From Eledone cirrhosa (taxonomy: Eukaryota): 64,000 nucleotides of DNA. Where the stretch lies: the NCBI GenBank assembly GCA_964016885.1, contig OZ024761.1, positions 5,022,001-5,086,000 on the forward strand. The letters are read 5' to 3'. This document shows, one piece after another, positions 23,209 through 35,624 of the stretch. Position 1 is the first letter of the stretch; every line of letters starts with the position of its first letter. The notes below the pieces were generated by a model, which was given only the letters and a program-made list of their open reading frames with translations, was not told where the DNA came from and did not search any database. The position numbers were made by a program, and so were the translations under genes.

Positions 23209-26030
23209 CAACAGACAGCCTACACCACAACAGTACACCACCTGACAACAGACAGCCTACACCACAACAGTACACCACCTGACAACAGACAGCCTACACC
23301 ACAACAGTACACCACCTGACAACAGCCTACACCACAACAGTACACTACCTGACAACAGACAGCCTACACTACAACAGTACACCACCTGACAACAGACAGC
23401 CTACACTACAACAGTACACCACCTGACAACAGACAGCCTACACCACAACAGTACACCACCTGACAACAGACAGCCTACACCACAACAGTACACCACCTGA
23501 CAACAGACAGCCTACACCACAACAGTACACCACCTGACAACAGCCTAGACCACAACAGTAAACCACCTGACAACAGACAGCCTACACCACAACAGTACAC
23601 CATCTGACAACAGACAGCCTAGACCACAACAGTACACCACCTGACAACAGACAACCTACACCACAACAGTACACCACCTGACAACAGACAGCCTACACCA
23701 CAACAGTACACCACCTGACAACAGACAGCCTACACCACAACAGTACACCACCTGACAACAGCCTACACCACAACAGTAAACCACCTGACAACAGACAGCC
23801 TACACCACAACAGTACACCATCTGACAACAGACAGCCTAGACCACAACAGTACACCACCTGACAACAACCTACACCACAACAGTACACCATCTGACAACA
23901 GCCTACACCACAACAGTACACCACCTGACAACAGACAGCCTACACTACAACAGTACACCACCTGACAACAGACAGCCTACACTACAACAGTACACCACCT
24001 GACAACAGACAGCCTACACCACAACAGTACACCACCTGACAACAGACAGCCTACACCACAACAGTACACCACCTGACAACAGACAGCCTACACTACAACA
24101 GTACACCACCTGACAACAGCCTACACCACAACAGTACACCACCTGACAACAGACAGCCTACACCACAACAGTACACCATCTGACAACAGACAGCCTACAC
24201 TACAACAGTACACCACCTGACAACAGCCTACACCACAACAGTACACCACCTGACAACAGACAGCCTACACCACAACAGTACACCACCTGACAACAGACAG
24301 CCTACACCACAACAGTACACCACCTGACAACAGACAGCCTACACCACGACAGTACACCATCTGACAACAGCCTACACCACAACAGTACACCACCTGACAA
24401 CAGCCTACACCACAACAGTACACCACCTGACAACAGACAACCTACACCACAACAGTACACCACCTGACAACAGACAGCCTACACCACAACAGTACACCAC
24501 CTGACAACAGACAGCCTACACCACGACAGTACACCATCTGACAACAGCCTACACCACAACAGTACACCACCTGACAACAGACAGCCTACACCACAACAGT
24601 ACACCACCTGACAACAGACAGCCTACACCACAACAGTATACCACCTGACAACAGACAGCCTACACTACAACAGTACACCACCTGACAACAGACAACCTAC
24701 ACCACAACAGTACACCACCTGACAACAGACAGCCTACACCACAACAGTACACCACCTGACAACAGACAACCTACACCACAACAGTACACCACCTGACAAC
24801 AGACAGCCTACACCACAACAGTACACCACCTGACAACAGACAACCTACACCACAACAGTACACCATCTGACAACAGACAGCCTAGACCACAACAGTACAC
24901 CATCTGACAACAGCCTACACCACAACAGTACACCACCTGACAACAGCCTACACCACAACAGTACACCATCTGACAACAGACAGCCTACACCACAACAGTA
25001 CACCATCTGACAACAACCTACATCACAACAGTACACCACCTGACAACAACCTACACCACAACAGTACACCACCTGACAACAGACAGCCTACACCACAACA
25101 GTACACCACCTGACAACAGACAGCCTACACCACAACAGTACACCACCTGACAACAGCCTACACCACAACAGTACACCATCTGACAACAGACAGCCTACAC
25201 CACAACAGTACACCATCTGACAACAGCCTAGACCACAACAGTACACCATCTGACAACAGCCTAAACCACAACAGTACACCACCTGACAACAGCCTAGACC
25301 ACAACAGTACACCATCTGACAACAGACAGCCTACACCACCTGACAACAGACAGCCTACACCACCTGACAACAGACAGCCTAGACTACAACAGTACACCAT
25401 CTGACAACAGCCTAGACCACAACAGTACACCATCTGACAACAGCCTACACCACAACAGTACACCATCTGACAACAGCCTACACCACAACAGTACACCACC
25501 TGACAACAGACAGCCTACACCACCTGACAACAGACAGCCTACACCACCTGACTACAGCCTACACCACAACAGTACACCACCTGACAACAGACAGCCTACA
25601 CCACAACAGTACACCACCTGACAACAGACAGCCTAGACTACAACAGTATACCACCTGACAACAGCCTACACCACAACAGTACACCACCTGACAACAACCT
25701 ACACCACAACAGTACACCATCTGACAACAGCCTACACCACAACAGTACACCACCTGACAACAGCCTACACCACAACAGTACACCACCTGACAACAGCCTA
25801 CACCACAACAGTACACCACCTGACAACAGCCTACACCACAACAGTACACCATGTGACAACAGCCTACACCACAACAGTACACCATGTGACAACAGCCTAC
25901 ACCACAACAGTACACCACCTGACAACAGACAGCCTACACCACAACAGTACACCACCTGACAACAGACAGCCTACACCACAACAGTACACCACCTGACAAC
26001 AGACAGCCTACACCACAAGAGTACACCATC
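23104..26030 (+). repeat. 33/37-bp minisatellite, ~2.9 kb, seeded in the last coding exon
   Basis: Unit ACAG(ACAG)CCTACACCACAACAGTACACCACCTGACA. Confidence 0.95.
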
Positions 26031-26329
26031 TCCTGACTCACATTGACTCTATAAAATCTATAAACTGTTTGTAATGTTATCTTTGCTAAAAGGTATCTGT
26101 TATATTATGACGAAGACAGGGTGCTGCTAAGCCCCCTCGACCACCCCAAATTTACCCCCAATACCCCCTGTATATTTATCTAGAGCTCAATTGATTATTT
26201 TTTTTAACTCCTAACTTTCTGTTTGGTTGACTTTAATTTTGTGTCCTGCTAAATTTTCTTTACACTTGAAGAGGAGATAGGTACCAAGAAGTATTTCTAA
26301 GGACTGAAATACCCTACTGAACTATCAAA

Positions 26330-27092
26330 TGTCTAGAGTGGCACTGCAAGGACGGACCACAACAGTGGCACATCTAGAGTGGCACCCCATGGACGGGCTG
26401 CAACAGTGGCACTACAATGAGTGACATCCCAAGGATGGGCTGTACTAGTGGCGCATCTAGGGTGGCACTCCAATGATGGGGCACAACAGTGACACATCTA
26501 GAGTGGTACCTCAAAGACGGGTGGCACTCCAACGACTGTCTGCAACAGTGGCACTCCAATGAGTGACTGCACCAGTGGAAAATCTAGGGTGGCACCTTAA
26601 CGACTGGCTGTACCAGTGGCACATCTAGAGTGGCACTCCAATGACTGGCTGCACCAGTGGCACATCTAGGGTGGCACTCCAACGACTGGCTGCACCAGTG
26701 GCATATCTAGGGTGGCACTCCAATGACTGGCTGTACCAGTGGCACATCTAGGGTGGCACTCCAATGAGTGACTGCACCAGTGGCACATCTAGGGTGAAAC
26801 TCCAACGACTGTCTGCACCAGTGGCACTCCAATGACTGGCTGCACCAGTGGCACATCTAGGGTGGCACTTCAACGACTGGCTGCACCAGTGACACATCTA
26901 GGGTGGCACACCAGCGACTGGCTGCACCAGTGGCACATCTAGAGTGGCACTCCAATGACTGGCTGTACCAGTGGCACATCTAGGGTGGCACTCCAATGAC
27001 TGGCTGTACCAGTGGCACATCTAGGGTGGCACTCCAATGACTGGCTGCACCAGTGGCACATCTAGGGTGGCACTCCAACGAGTGACTGCAAC
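26330..27092. repeat. ~41-bp degenerate minisatellite
   Basis: GTGGCACATCTAGGGTGGCACTCCAATGACTGGCTGCACCA variants. Confidence 0.9.
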
Positions 27093-27715
27093 ATTTACAG
27101 GAACTTAAGCTGAAAATGTTTAAAAACTGATCTCTCAAATGTTGAAAGCATCTTTACTTTTCCACAGAAACTTTGGAAATTACTGGAAATAAACTAAAGA
27201 TTTTAATGTTTATTGTAATTCATTTGCTTCCAAAATGTCCAATAATTCAACCAGAAGTGGGTGAAAGACTCGGCTACTTTTATGCTCTTCTTTTTCTTTG
27301 TCCACTTATTCCTGGGAGGGTCATGGAGGTAGATCACTCAGACATGCTTTCTAGAAGGTCCTATCAGAAGCAATTATCTCCAAATGATCCAGCTTGATCC
27401 CCAAGTGTGACCAACCAAGGTTATGGATGTTATCCAACAATCTTTATCGTGGTATACCCTTGGGTTTCCTGCTGGTTGGCTTTGCCCATAAAATCTGTTA
27501 AGTGATTCTTTCCTTAGACATTCTAACAACATGACTGTGGTACTGGAACAGTAATTCCTCAACACAGAGAAATAATATGACATTGCCTTGAAAAGATCTG
27601 TCCAACCGATGAAAGCATGGAGAAGTGGACGTACAAACGACGATGATGATGATAATAAAGTATAATTGTTAGAGCAAATAAAATATAACACTGTTTACCA
27701 CCTCGTTAAAATAAA

Positions 27716-28826
27716 TATAATTGTTTCTACTTTTGTCACAAGGCCAGCAATTACCTCAGTACATTACTGGTACTTTATTTTATCGACTTCGTAAGGATGA
27801 AAGGCAAAGTTAACCTTCGCGGATTTGAACTCAGAACATAAAGGGCCATAACGCTATGCTGCAAAGCATGGTGTCCAACTCTCTACCAATACTGCCAATC
27901 CACTGCCATTAGATAAAAATAATGATTTCTAGTATAGGCACAAGGCCAGTAATTTAGGGGAAGAGGAAAGTCAATTAAATCAACCCCAGTACGTTACTGG
28001 TACTTTATTTTTATCGACCCCATAAGGATGAAAGGCAAAGTTAACCTTGGCAGGATTTGAAATCAGGCTGTAAAGGATCGTAACTCTATGCTGCAAAGCA
28101 TGATGACCCTCTACCGATTCTGCCAATCCACCGCCCTGATGTAATAATGGCAATGATGATGATGGGACCCTCTACTGATTCTGCCAATCCACCACCCTGT
28201 TAAATAGATATAATAAAACATTTATAATCTGAATACCAACTAAATATCTGTTAAGTCTCATGAAAGGCTAAAGTGTTAGATTCATATTATGTCTTGTTAC
28301 TATATATTCGGTAGAGCGTCAGACGTCACAACCTTTTATGTTCTGATTTCAAATCCCGCTGGGGTTAGCTTTGTCCTTCATCCTTACAGGATCAATAAAA
28401 TAAAGTACCAGTAATGCACTGGGGTCAACATAATCAACTTCCCTCACGAAAATTGCTGGCCTTGTGCCAGTATCGGTAGAGAGTCGGACACCATGCTTTG
28501 AAGCATAGAGTTACGTCCCTTTACGATCTGAGTTCAAATCCCGCCGAGGTTAACTTTGCCTTTCATCCTTACGGGGGTCGATAAAATAAAGTACCAGTAA
28601 TGTACTGGGTAATTGCTGGCCTTGTGCCTAAAGTAGAAACAATTCTTGGCAGTATCGGTAGAGAGTCGGACACCATGCTTTGAAGCATAGAGTTACGTCC
28701 CTTTATGGTCTGAGTTCAAATCCCGCCGAGGTTAACTTTGCCTTTCATCCTTACGGGGTTGATAAAATAAAGTTCCAGTAATGTACTGGATAATTGCTGG
28801 CCTTGTGCCTAAAATAGAAACAATTA
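27716..28826. mobile_element. Cluster of five tRNA-derived SINEs (Nin/Deu-like domain): two on -, three on +
   Basis: B box GAGTTCAAATCCC followed by GGTTAACTTTGCCTTTCATCCTTACGGGGTCGATAAAATAAAGTACCAG; further copies at 51835-52160 and 61382-61572. Confidence 0.85.
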
Positions 28827-29066
28827 TATATATATTTTTTTTTATACTTAAATGATAAACACTTATTTTATTTGCCCTGTTTACTGGAGTCTTGATTCAG
28901 TCTTGTTAATTAAGTGTTCAGTTTGTTGAGAAAACTGTTATAAAATGATAGTGTCGTTAATTTAGTGTTCAGTTTGTTGAGAAAACTGTTATAAAATGAT
29001 AGTGTCGTTAATTTAGTGTTCAGTTTGTTGAGAAAACTTATAAAATGATAGTGTCGTTAATTAAGT

Positions 29067-29172
29067 GAACAGCGAGAGTGCAAACAAACAAAGATGGGGA
29101 AGCAACGATTGATTCGTTCTTCCTCACTTTTCGTTGCTTTACCATCTTTGTTTGTTTTCACTCTCGCTGTTC
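29067..29172. repeat. 42-bp inverted repeat just upstream of permuted hammerhead copy 2
   Basis: GAACAGCGAGAGTGCAAACAAACAAAGATGGGGAAGCAACGA / TCGTTGCTTTACCATCTTTGTTTGTTTTCACTCTCGCTGTTC. Confidence 0.85.
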
Positions 29173-29217
29173 CCTTTATTTACATGTCCCAACGACTTTC
29201 TTTAGCCGTTGCTCGCA

Positions 29218-29282
29218 CCAACCGGAGGTATATGGTCTTTAAAGCGAAGAAATACCGATGATGGTTGGAAGATCACTGATGA
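29218..29282 (+). ncRNA. Permuted, pseudoknotted hammerhead-like motif with k-turn, copy 2
   Basis: CCAACC-GGA-GGTAT-A-TGGTCTT-TAAAGCGAA-GAA-ATACC-GATGAT-GGTTGG-AAGATCA-CTGATGA. Confidence 0.75.
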
Positions 29283-29352
29283 AGGACCACTTTATTCATA
29301 TGTAACCCATTTGCAACTCCGCAGCACGTTTATTCTCATATATATATATATA

Positions 29353-29538
29353 CATGGTGAGTCATAAGTAACTGGGCAGTTAAACATTTATGTTCCAAAT
29401 GATATTAAAATTTCTTGTCATATAAATACATCAAATAGAAAACTGTGGCTGATCACACAAATAAGTGGATGTTGAAAAGGTTATCTGAACCATGTAATAA
29501 AAATGCATTAATTGCCCAGTTACTTATGACTCACCCTG
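29353..29538. mobile_element. Tc1/mariner-type MITE
   Basis: TA-CATGGTGAGTCATAAGTAACTGGGCAGTTAA ... TTAATTGCCCAGTTACTTATGACTCACCCTG-TA. Confidence 0.85.
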
Positions 29539-29689
29539 TATACATCATCGTTTAACGTCCACTTTCCACGCTAGCATGGCTTAGACAGGTTGTCCCATTT
29601 GAAGCCAGGTGACTGTGTCTTATTCATAAAGAACTGTTTCTGGCTAGGTTTCTATGGCTAGATGTCCTTCCTGATGGCAACCACATTTA

Positions 29690-30155
29690 CAGTGGGCTGG
29701 GTGCTTTTTGTCATGACCACTTAACAGTGTGGATTGGGGGCTTTTTGTTGTGACACCTAAACAATCACTTTACAGTGTGGACTGGGTGCGTTTTGTTGGG
29801 ACTCCTACATGACCACTTTACAGTGTGGACTGGGTGCTTTTTGTTGTGACACCTAAACAATCACTTTACAGTGTGGACTGGGTGCTTTTTGTTGGGACTC
29901 CTACATGACCACTTTACAGGTGTGGACTGGGTGCTTTTTGTTGTGACACCTAAACAATCACTTTACAGTGTGGACTGGGTGCTTTTTGTTGTGACACCTA
30001 CATGACCACTTTACAGTGTGGACTGGGTGCTTTTTGTTGTGACACCTACATGACCACTTTACAGTGTGGACTGGGTGCTTTTTGTTGTGACACTTACACA
30101 ACCACTTTACAGTATGGACTGGGTGCTTTAGACATGACACCTACACAACCACTTT
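29690..30155. repeat. 48-bp minisatellite expanded from the RTE/SINE 3' tail
   Basis: GTGTGGACTGGGTGCTTTTTGTTGTGACACCTACATGACCACTTTACA, about 9 copies, contiguous with a tail copy starting at 29543. Confidence 0.85.
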
Positions 30156-30484
30156 ATATTTATATATATACATGTTTACATAAAAATTGGGACTTTCATG
30201 CATTTAGTTTTGTCATTTTCAGTCTTTTTATTTTAATCTACTCACCCCAAGCAAGGCAATAAAGTCATTAAAATGTAAGGGGGTCACTGAGAAGACAAAG
30301 TAAACATAAAAGAGAGAGATGTAGGATGAAGATATTGATAGAAGAAACCAGGAGACCCAGTACATTGATACAAGGACACCAGGAGACCCAGTACATTGAT
30401 ACAAGGACACCAGGAGACCCAGACAACTAAGATTATAAAATTGTTTCTAACAATAGCAAAAGCCCCAAAATCGATTATTTTGAT

Positions 30485-33400
30485 TCTATATTATGTGAAA
30501 TAATTATGAGATAAAGTGTTTATCATGAAAATACAATAGTATATATAAAGTAAGGTAAAGCCTTTACTGTGAAAATACAATAGTATATATAGAGTAATGT
30601 AAATGTTGTGAGGTAAAGCTTTTACTGTGAAAATACAATAGTATATATATAGAGTAATGTAAATATTATGTGAGATATTATGTGAGGTAAAGCCTTTACT
30701 GTGAAAATACAATAGTATATATAGAGTAATGTAAATGTTGTGAGGTAAAGCTTTTACTGTGAAAATACAATAGTATATATATAGAGTAATGTAAATATTA
30801 TGTGAGATATTATGTGAGGTAAAGCCTTTACTGTGAAAATACAATAGTATATATAGAGTAATGTAAATGTTGTGAGGTAAAGCTTTTACTGTGAAAATAC
30901 AATAGTATATATAGAGTAATGTAAATGTTATGTAAGATATTATGTGAGGTAAAGCTTTTACTGTGAAAATACAATAGTATATATAGAGTATATACTGCCT
31001 GGCGCTATAAAAGACAGATTCTATGAGATATTGATGCTCACAACCTCCCAAATAACCGACAGTGACTACATAATTAATGCTGGCGACCTAAATGGTCACG
31101 TTGGTCAACATTGTGACGGCTATGACGGAATCCATGGAGGCTATGGGTTTGGTACTAGAAATGAGGAAGGCTCCAGAATCCTGGAATTCTGCGACGCAAA
31201 TAACCTAACTATCTGTAACACTAACTTCAAAAAACGAGACAATCACTTGATCACCTATAGATCAGGGGAACACGCCAGTCAGATAGATTATATCCTTACC
31301 AGAAAACGTGATAGAGTGTCTGTTGTAAAGACTAAATCCCTCCCCCATGAAGAATGCACCTCCCAACATAGACTCATAGTCAGGACAAGACGTACTCGAC
31401 AACAGAGGACTATCCTCAGGAGAAAAATATGGAAGCTAAAGGACCCCACAGCCAGTAATAAATTTAAAAGCATATTACTTGATGCTTTCGACAGTAAGGA
31501 AGAGCAATTAGAGTCATACAATATAGAGGAACAGTGGGAATTCCTGAAAGCTAACCTGCTGAAGGCGGCAGATGAAGTTTGTGGCTGGAGCAGGCCTATA
31601 GGCAGGAGGAGAGTAACGTGGTGGTGGAATAGTAAGGTGGAGGAGTCAATTTAGACCAAAAAGCAGGCTTGGAAAGTATGGGGGAAGTAGAGAAGACTAT
31701 CAAGTGGCCAGGAGGGAAGCTAGGAGACAAGTGTACTTCGCAAGAAGGGAAGCAGAGGAAAGAAAGTTCAAGCATGTTCTACAATGCGAGGACCAAAAAC
31801 GTGGTGTTCAGGATTGCTAGGCAATGTGTCAAGGAAAACCGTGATATTGTCGGGGAGAAGTGTGTCCTTAATGATGATGGTGTACTTGCCATCACTGACG
31901 CTGATAAGAAGGTAGCTTGGAAGTGTCACTACGAAAGGCTACTAAATGAGGAGAATAAATGGGAGAAAGACAGTCTCCCCCACATCGATCCAATAGAGCG
32001 ACCAGCAGTGCGAGTTGAAGGTAGTATAAGTAAGGCAATCAAAGATATAAAGACGGGTAAGGCGGCTGGGCCTTCGGAAATAGTTGCTGAAATGCTGAAA
32101 ACATCTGGAATGGTGGGACACACTGTGGTCACCCGGAGAGTAAACCAAGTCATACAGAATGGGGCCGTTCCGAAGGACTGGCGTAGCAACATCATCATTA
32201 ACTGCTACAAGGGTAAAGGAGATGCTCTTGATAGGGGTAACTATAGAGGCATTAAATTAATTGACCAGGTCATGGGTCACAGAAAAAGTAATAGCGCAAC
32301 TAATCAGAGAACGAATTGATCTAGATGAAATACAGTTCGGGTTTGTGTCAGGTAAAAGTACCACAGACGCTCTTTTCATTGTACGTCAACTACAAGAGAA
32401 GTACCTAGCTAAAAGTAAACCCTTATACTTAGCTTTTGTTGACTTGGAGAAAGCCTTTGACAGAGTCCCCCGCTCCATTATCTGGTGGGCGCTTAGAAAA
32501 CTAGGTGTTGATGAATGAGCTATACAAGCCACGTATAAAGAAACAGTCAGCAAGGTTTTAATTAACAATGAATATAGTGAAGAGTTTAGCGTAAAAGTTG
32601 GTGTTCATCAGGGCTCCGTTCTTAGCCCCCTACTATTTATTATTTCCCTTCAGGCTATAACAGAGGAGTTCAAGACCGGCTGCCCATGGGAGCTCCTATA
32701 TGCAGATGATCTAACGCTCATAGCTGAATCAATGGCTGAACTAGAGAAGAAATTCCAAACATGGAAGCATAGCCTAGAATCAAAAGGCCTTAAAGTTAAC
32801 TTGTCTAAGACTAAAGTTCTAGTTTGTAGGAAGGAAAATAGGGCACTGGTCCCATCTGGGAAATGGCCATGCTCAATGTGTAGGAAAGGAGTAGGCAGAA
32901 ACTCCATTTTATGTCCCAAATGCAAAGTATGGGTGCATAAAAGATGTAGTGGGATCACAGGTAAGCTAACTAAGAATATAGATTTTATATGTGGCCGGTG
33001 CTCTGGTGCAATAAGTAGCAGCAAGTGCCCACAGAATACTAGCTCATTCCATTGCACAGATGGTACTATAGAAATAGTGGACACCTTCCGTTACCTGGGT
33101 GACAAAATCAGCAGTGGGGGAGGGTGCTCTGAAAGTACAGTAGCTAGAGTCAGAACGGGATGGAAAAAGTTCAGAGAGCTTATACCACTATTGGCCGCTA
33201 AAGGGTTCTCTCTAAAAATAAAAGGCAGGCTGTATGATGCCTGCATACGAACAGCAATGTTACATGGCAGTGAGACCTGGGTATTGTGTGCAGAGGATAT
33301 ACACAGACTGGAGAGAAACGAAGCTTGCATGCTCCGCTGGATGTGTAATAGTAATTATACGTGAACGGCAAAGCATAAACGAACTAAGGGAGAAATTAGG

Positions 33401-34600
33401 AATAAGAGGGATCAGATGTTGTTTACTTGAGAGAAGACTACGTTGGTACGGTCACGTGATGCGCATGAAAGACGACAGCTGTATAAAAAAGTGCAGGGCG
33501 AGAAAAATAGACGGTAGCCACGGAGTAGGCAGACCCAGAAAAACCTGGGACGACTTGATAAATTCCGACCTTACACACTTACACCTCTCCAAGACAATGT
33601 CACTGGACCGAGATCTTTGGCGCTACACAATCATACAGAAGACCCGCCTTACCTAAGTACAAAGCGAAACCTACAGTCAGTAGGCACCTGTAACAAAATA
33701 TGTGAGGTAAAGCCATTACTGTGAAAATACAATAGTATATTTAGAGTAATGTAAATGTTATGTGAGATATTATGTGAGCTAAAGCCTTTACCGTGAAAAT
33801 ATAATAGTATATATAGAGTAATGTAAATGTTATGTGAGATAAAGCTTTTACTGTGAAAATACAATAGTATATATAGAGTAATGTAAATGTTATGTGAGGT
33901 ACAGCCTTTACTGTGAAAATACAATAGTATATATAGAGTAATGTAAATGTTATGTGAGATATTATGTGAGGTAAAGCCTTTACTGTGAAAATACAATAGT
34001 ATATATAGAGTAATGTAAATGTTATGTGAGATATTATGTGAGGTAAAGCCTTTACTGTGAAAATACAATAGTATATATAGAGTAATGTAAATGTTATGTG
34101 AGATATTATGTGAGATAAAGCTTTTACTGTGAAAATACAATAGTATATATAGAGTAATGTAAATGGTATGTGAGATATTATGTGAGGTAAAGCCTTTACT
34201 GTGAAAATACAATAGTATATATAGAGTAATGTAAATGTTATGTGAGATATTATGTGAGGTAAAGCCTTACTGTGAAAATACAATAGTATATATAGAGTAA
34301 TGTAAATGTTATGTGAGATATTATGTGAGGTAAAGCCTTACTGTGAAAATACAATAGTATATATAGAGTAATGTAAATGTTATGTGAGATATGTGAGGTA
34401 AAGCCTTTACTGTGAAAATACAATAGTATATATAGAGTAATGTAAATGTTATGTGAGATATTATGTGAGATAAAGCTTTTACTGTGAAAATACAATAGTA
34501 TATATAGAGTAATGTAAATGTTATGCGAGATATTATGTGAGATAAAGCATTTACTGTGAAAATAGAATAGTATATATAGAGTAATGTAAATGCTAAATGG
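30485..34600. mobile_element. piggyBac-type MITE with internal ~60-75-bp tandem array, split by an RTE insertion
   Basis: Array unit GTAAAGCCTTTACTGTGAAAATACAATAGTATATATAGAGTAATGTAAATG at 30490-30990 and 33700-34590, ending AATGCTAAATGG-TTAA. Confidence 0.7.
30993..33690 (+). mobile_element. RTE-clade LINE, near full-length ORF but frameshifted (APE endonuclease, RT, PHD-like finger)
   Basis: AGDLNGHVG, SQIDYIL, WWWNSKV, NYRGIKL, DLEKAFDRV, GVHQGS, LYADDL, RLRWYGHV..GRPRKTW. Confidence 0.95.
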
Positions 34601-35276
34601 TTAAGAAGAGTGAACAGCAAATTTACTGTCTTTAAATAATTGTTTCTAACTTAAAAATACAAGGTCAGCAAATGATGGTGGTGGTGGTGGGCAAGGAGAA
34701 AATCCATTGTATGCCCCCCCCCCCTCCTCTGTCCCACCAATACTGCTACTTTATTTTAATGGCTCCCGGGGAAGAATCATCATCATCACCACCATTTTAC
34801 GTCCACTAGCATGGGTTAGACAAGCTGTCCTGGCAATGCCAGGTCAGGTGACCATGTCTTGCTCATACAGAACTGAAGAATGAAAAGCAAAATTGACCTT
34901 TGTAGGATTTGAACTCAGAACGTAAAGAACAGAAAAACAAATAAGAAATCATACACTTAAGTTTGGACATTTCTTTATATATATAATATATATATGTTTA
35001 TATATATATATATGTATGTATATATATATTTCGGTATTTATATATTTTTTTCTTGCATGTGATTTAAGTTTATTTTTTGAAATTTTTTTTAATTTTTTTT
35101 TTGTCAGAAATATGTGATAATGCAAGAAGAATCACATTTTGGCAACAAAAATGGCAAAACGTTGCTGCCAGTTGACTAGGGAGAGAGAGAGAAAGAGAGA
35201 GAGATCAGCACAAATTTCAGCATGTGGTGGTGGAGTCTTGTGACGTTCTTGTTGTGGACCACTATAGAAAGAAACG

Positions 35277-35321
35277 TCACTTCTTCTGTTCTCCGAGATC
35301 ATCAATGTTGTCTTCATCAAT
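35277..35321 (-). CDS. DENR: DENR last coding exon (IDEDNIDDLGEQKK*)
   Basis: tttgttag|ATT...TGA; matches the DENR C-terminus (vDddsIEDLGEvKK pattern). Confidence 0.9.
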   Translation of the reverse strand: MDEDNIDDLGEQKK

Positions 35322-35344
35322 CTAACAAAATAGGAAGGAAATGA

Positions 35345-35541
35345 AGAAATAATCTAAATATAAAGATCTAGAGATAGAAATAACCTAAATATAAAGATCT
35401 AGAGATAGAAATAACCTAAATATAAAGATCTAGAGATAGAAATAACCTAAATATAAAGATCTAGATATAGAAATAACCTAAATATAAAGATCTAGAGATA
35501 GAAATAACCTAAATATAAAGATCTAGAGATAGAAATAACCC
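35345..35541. repeat. 31-bp minisatellite next to the DENR last acceptor
   Basis: AGAAATAACCTAAATATAAAGATCTAGAGAT, about 6 copies. Confidence 0.9.
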
Positions 35542-35624
35542 TAATGTGGAAGATGAAAACAAACAATACCTATCATAATAGGTACTCTGGTAATGAGAAA
35601 GAAACACACAGACATAACAAAAAT

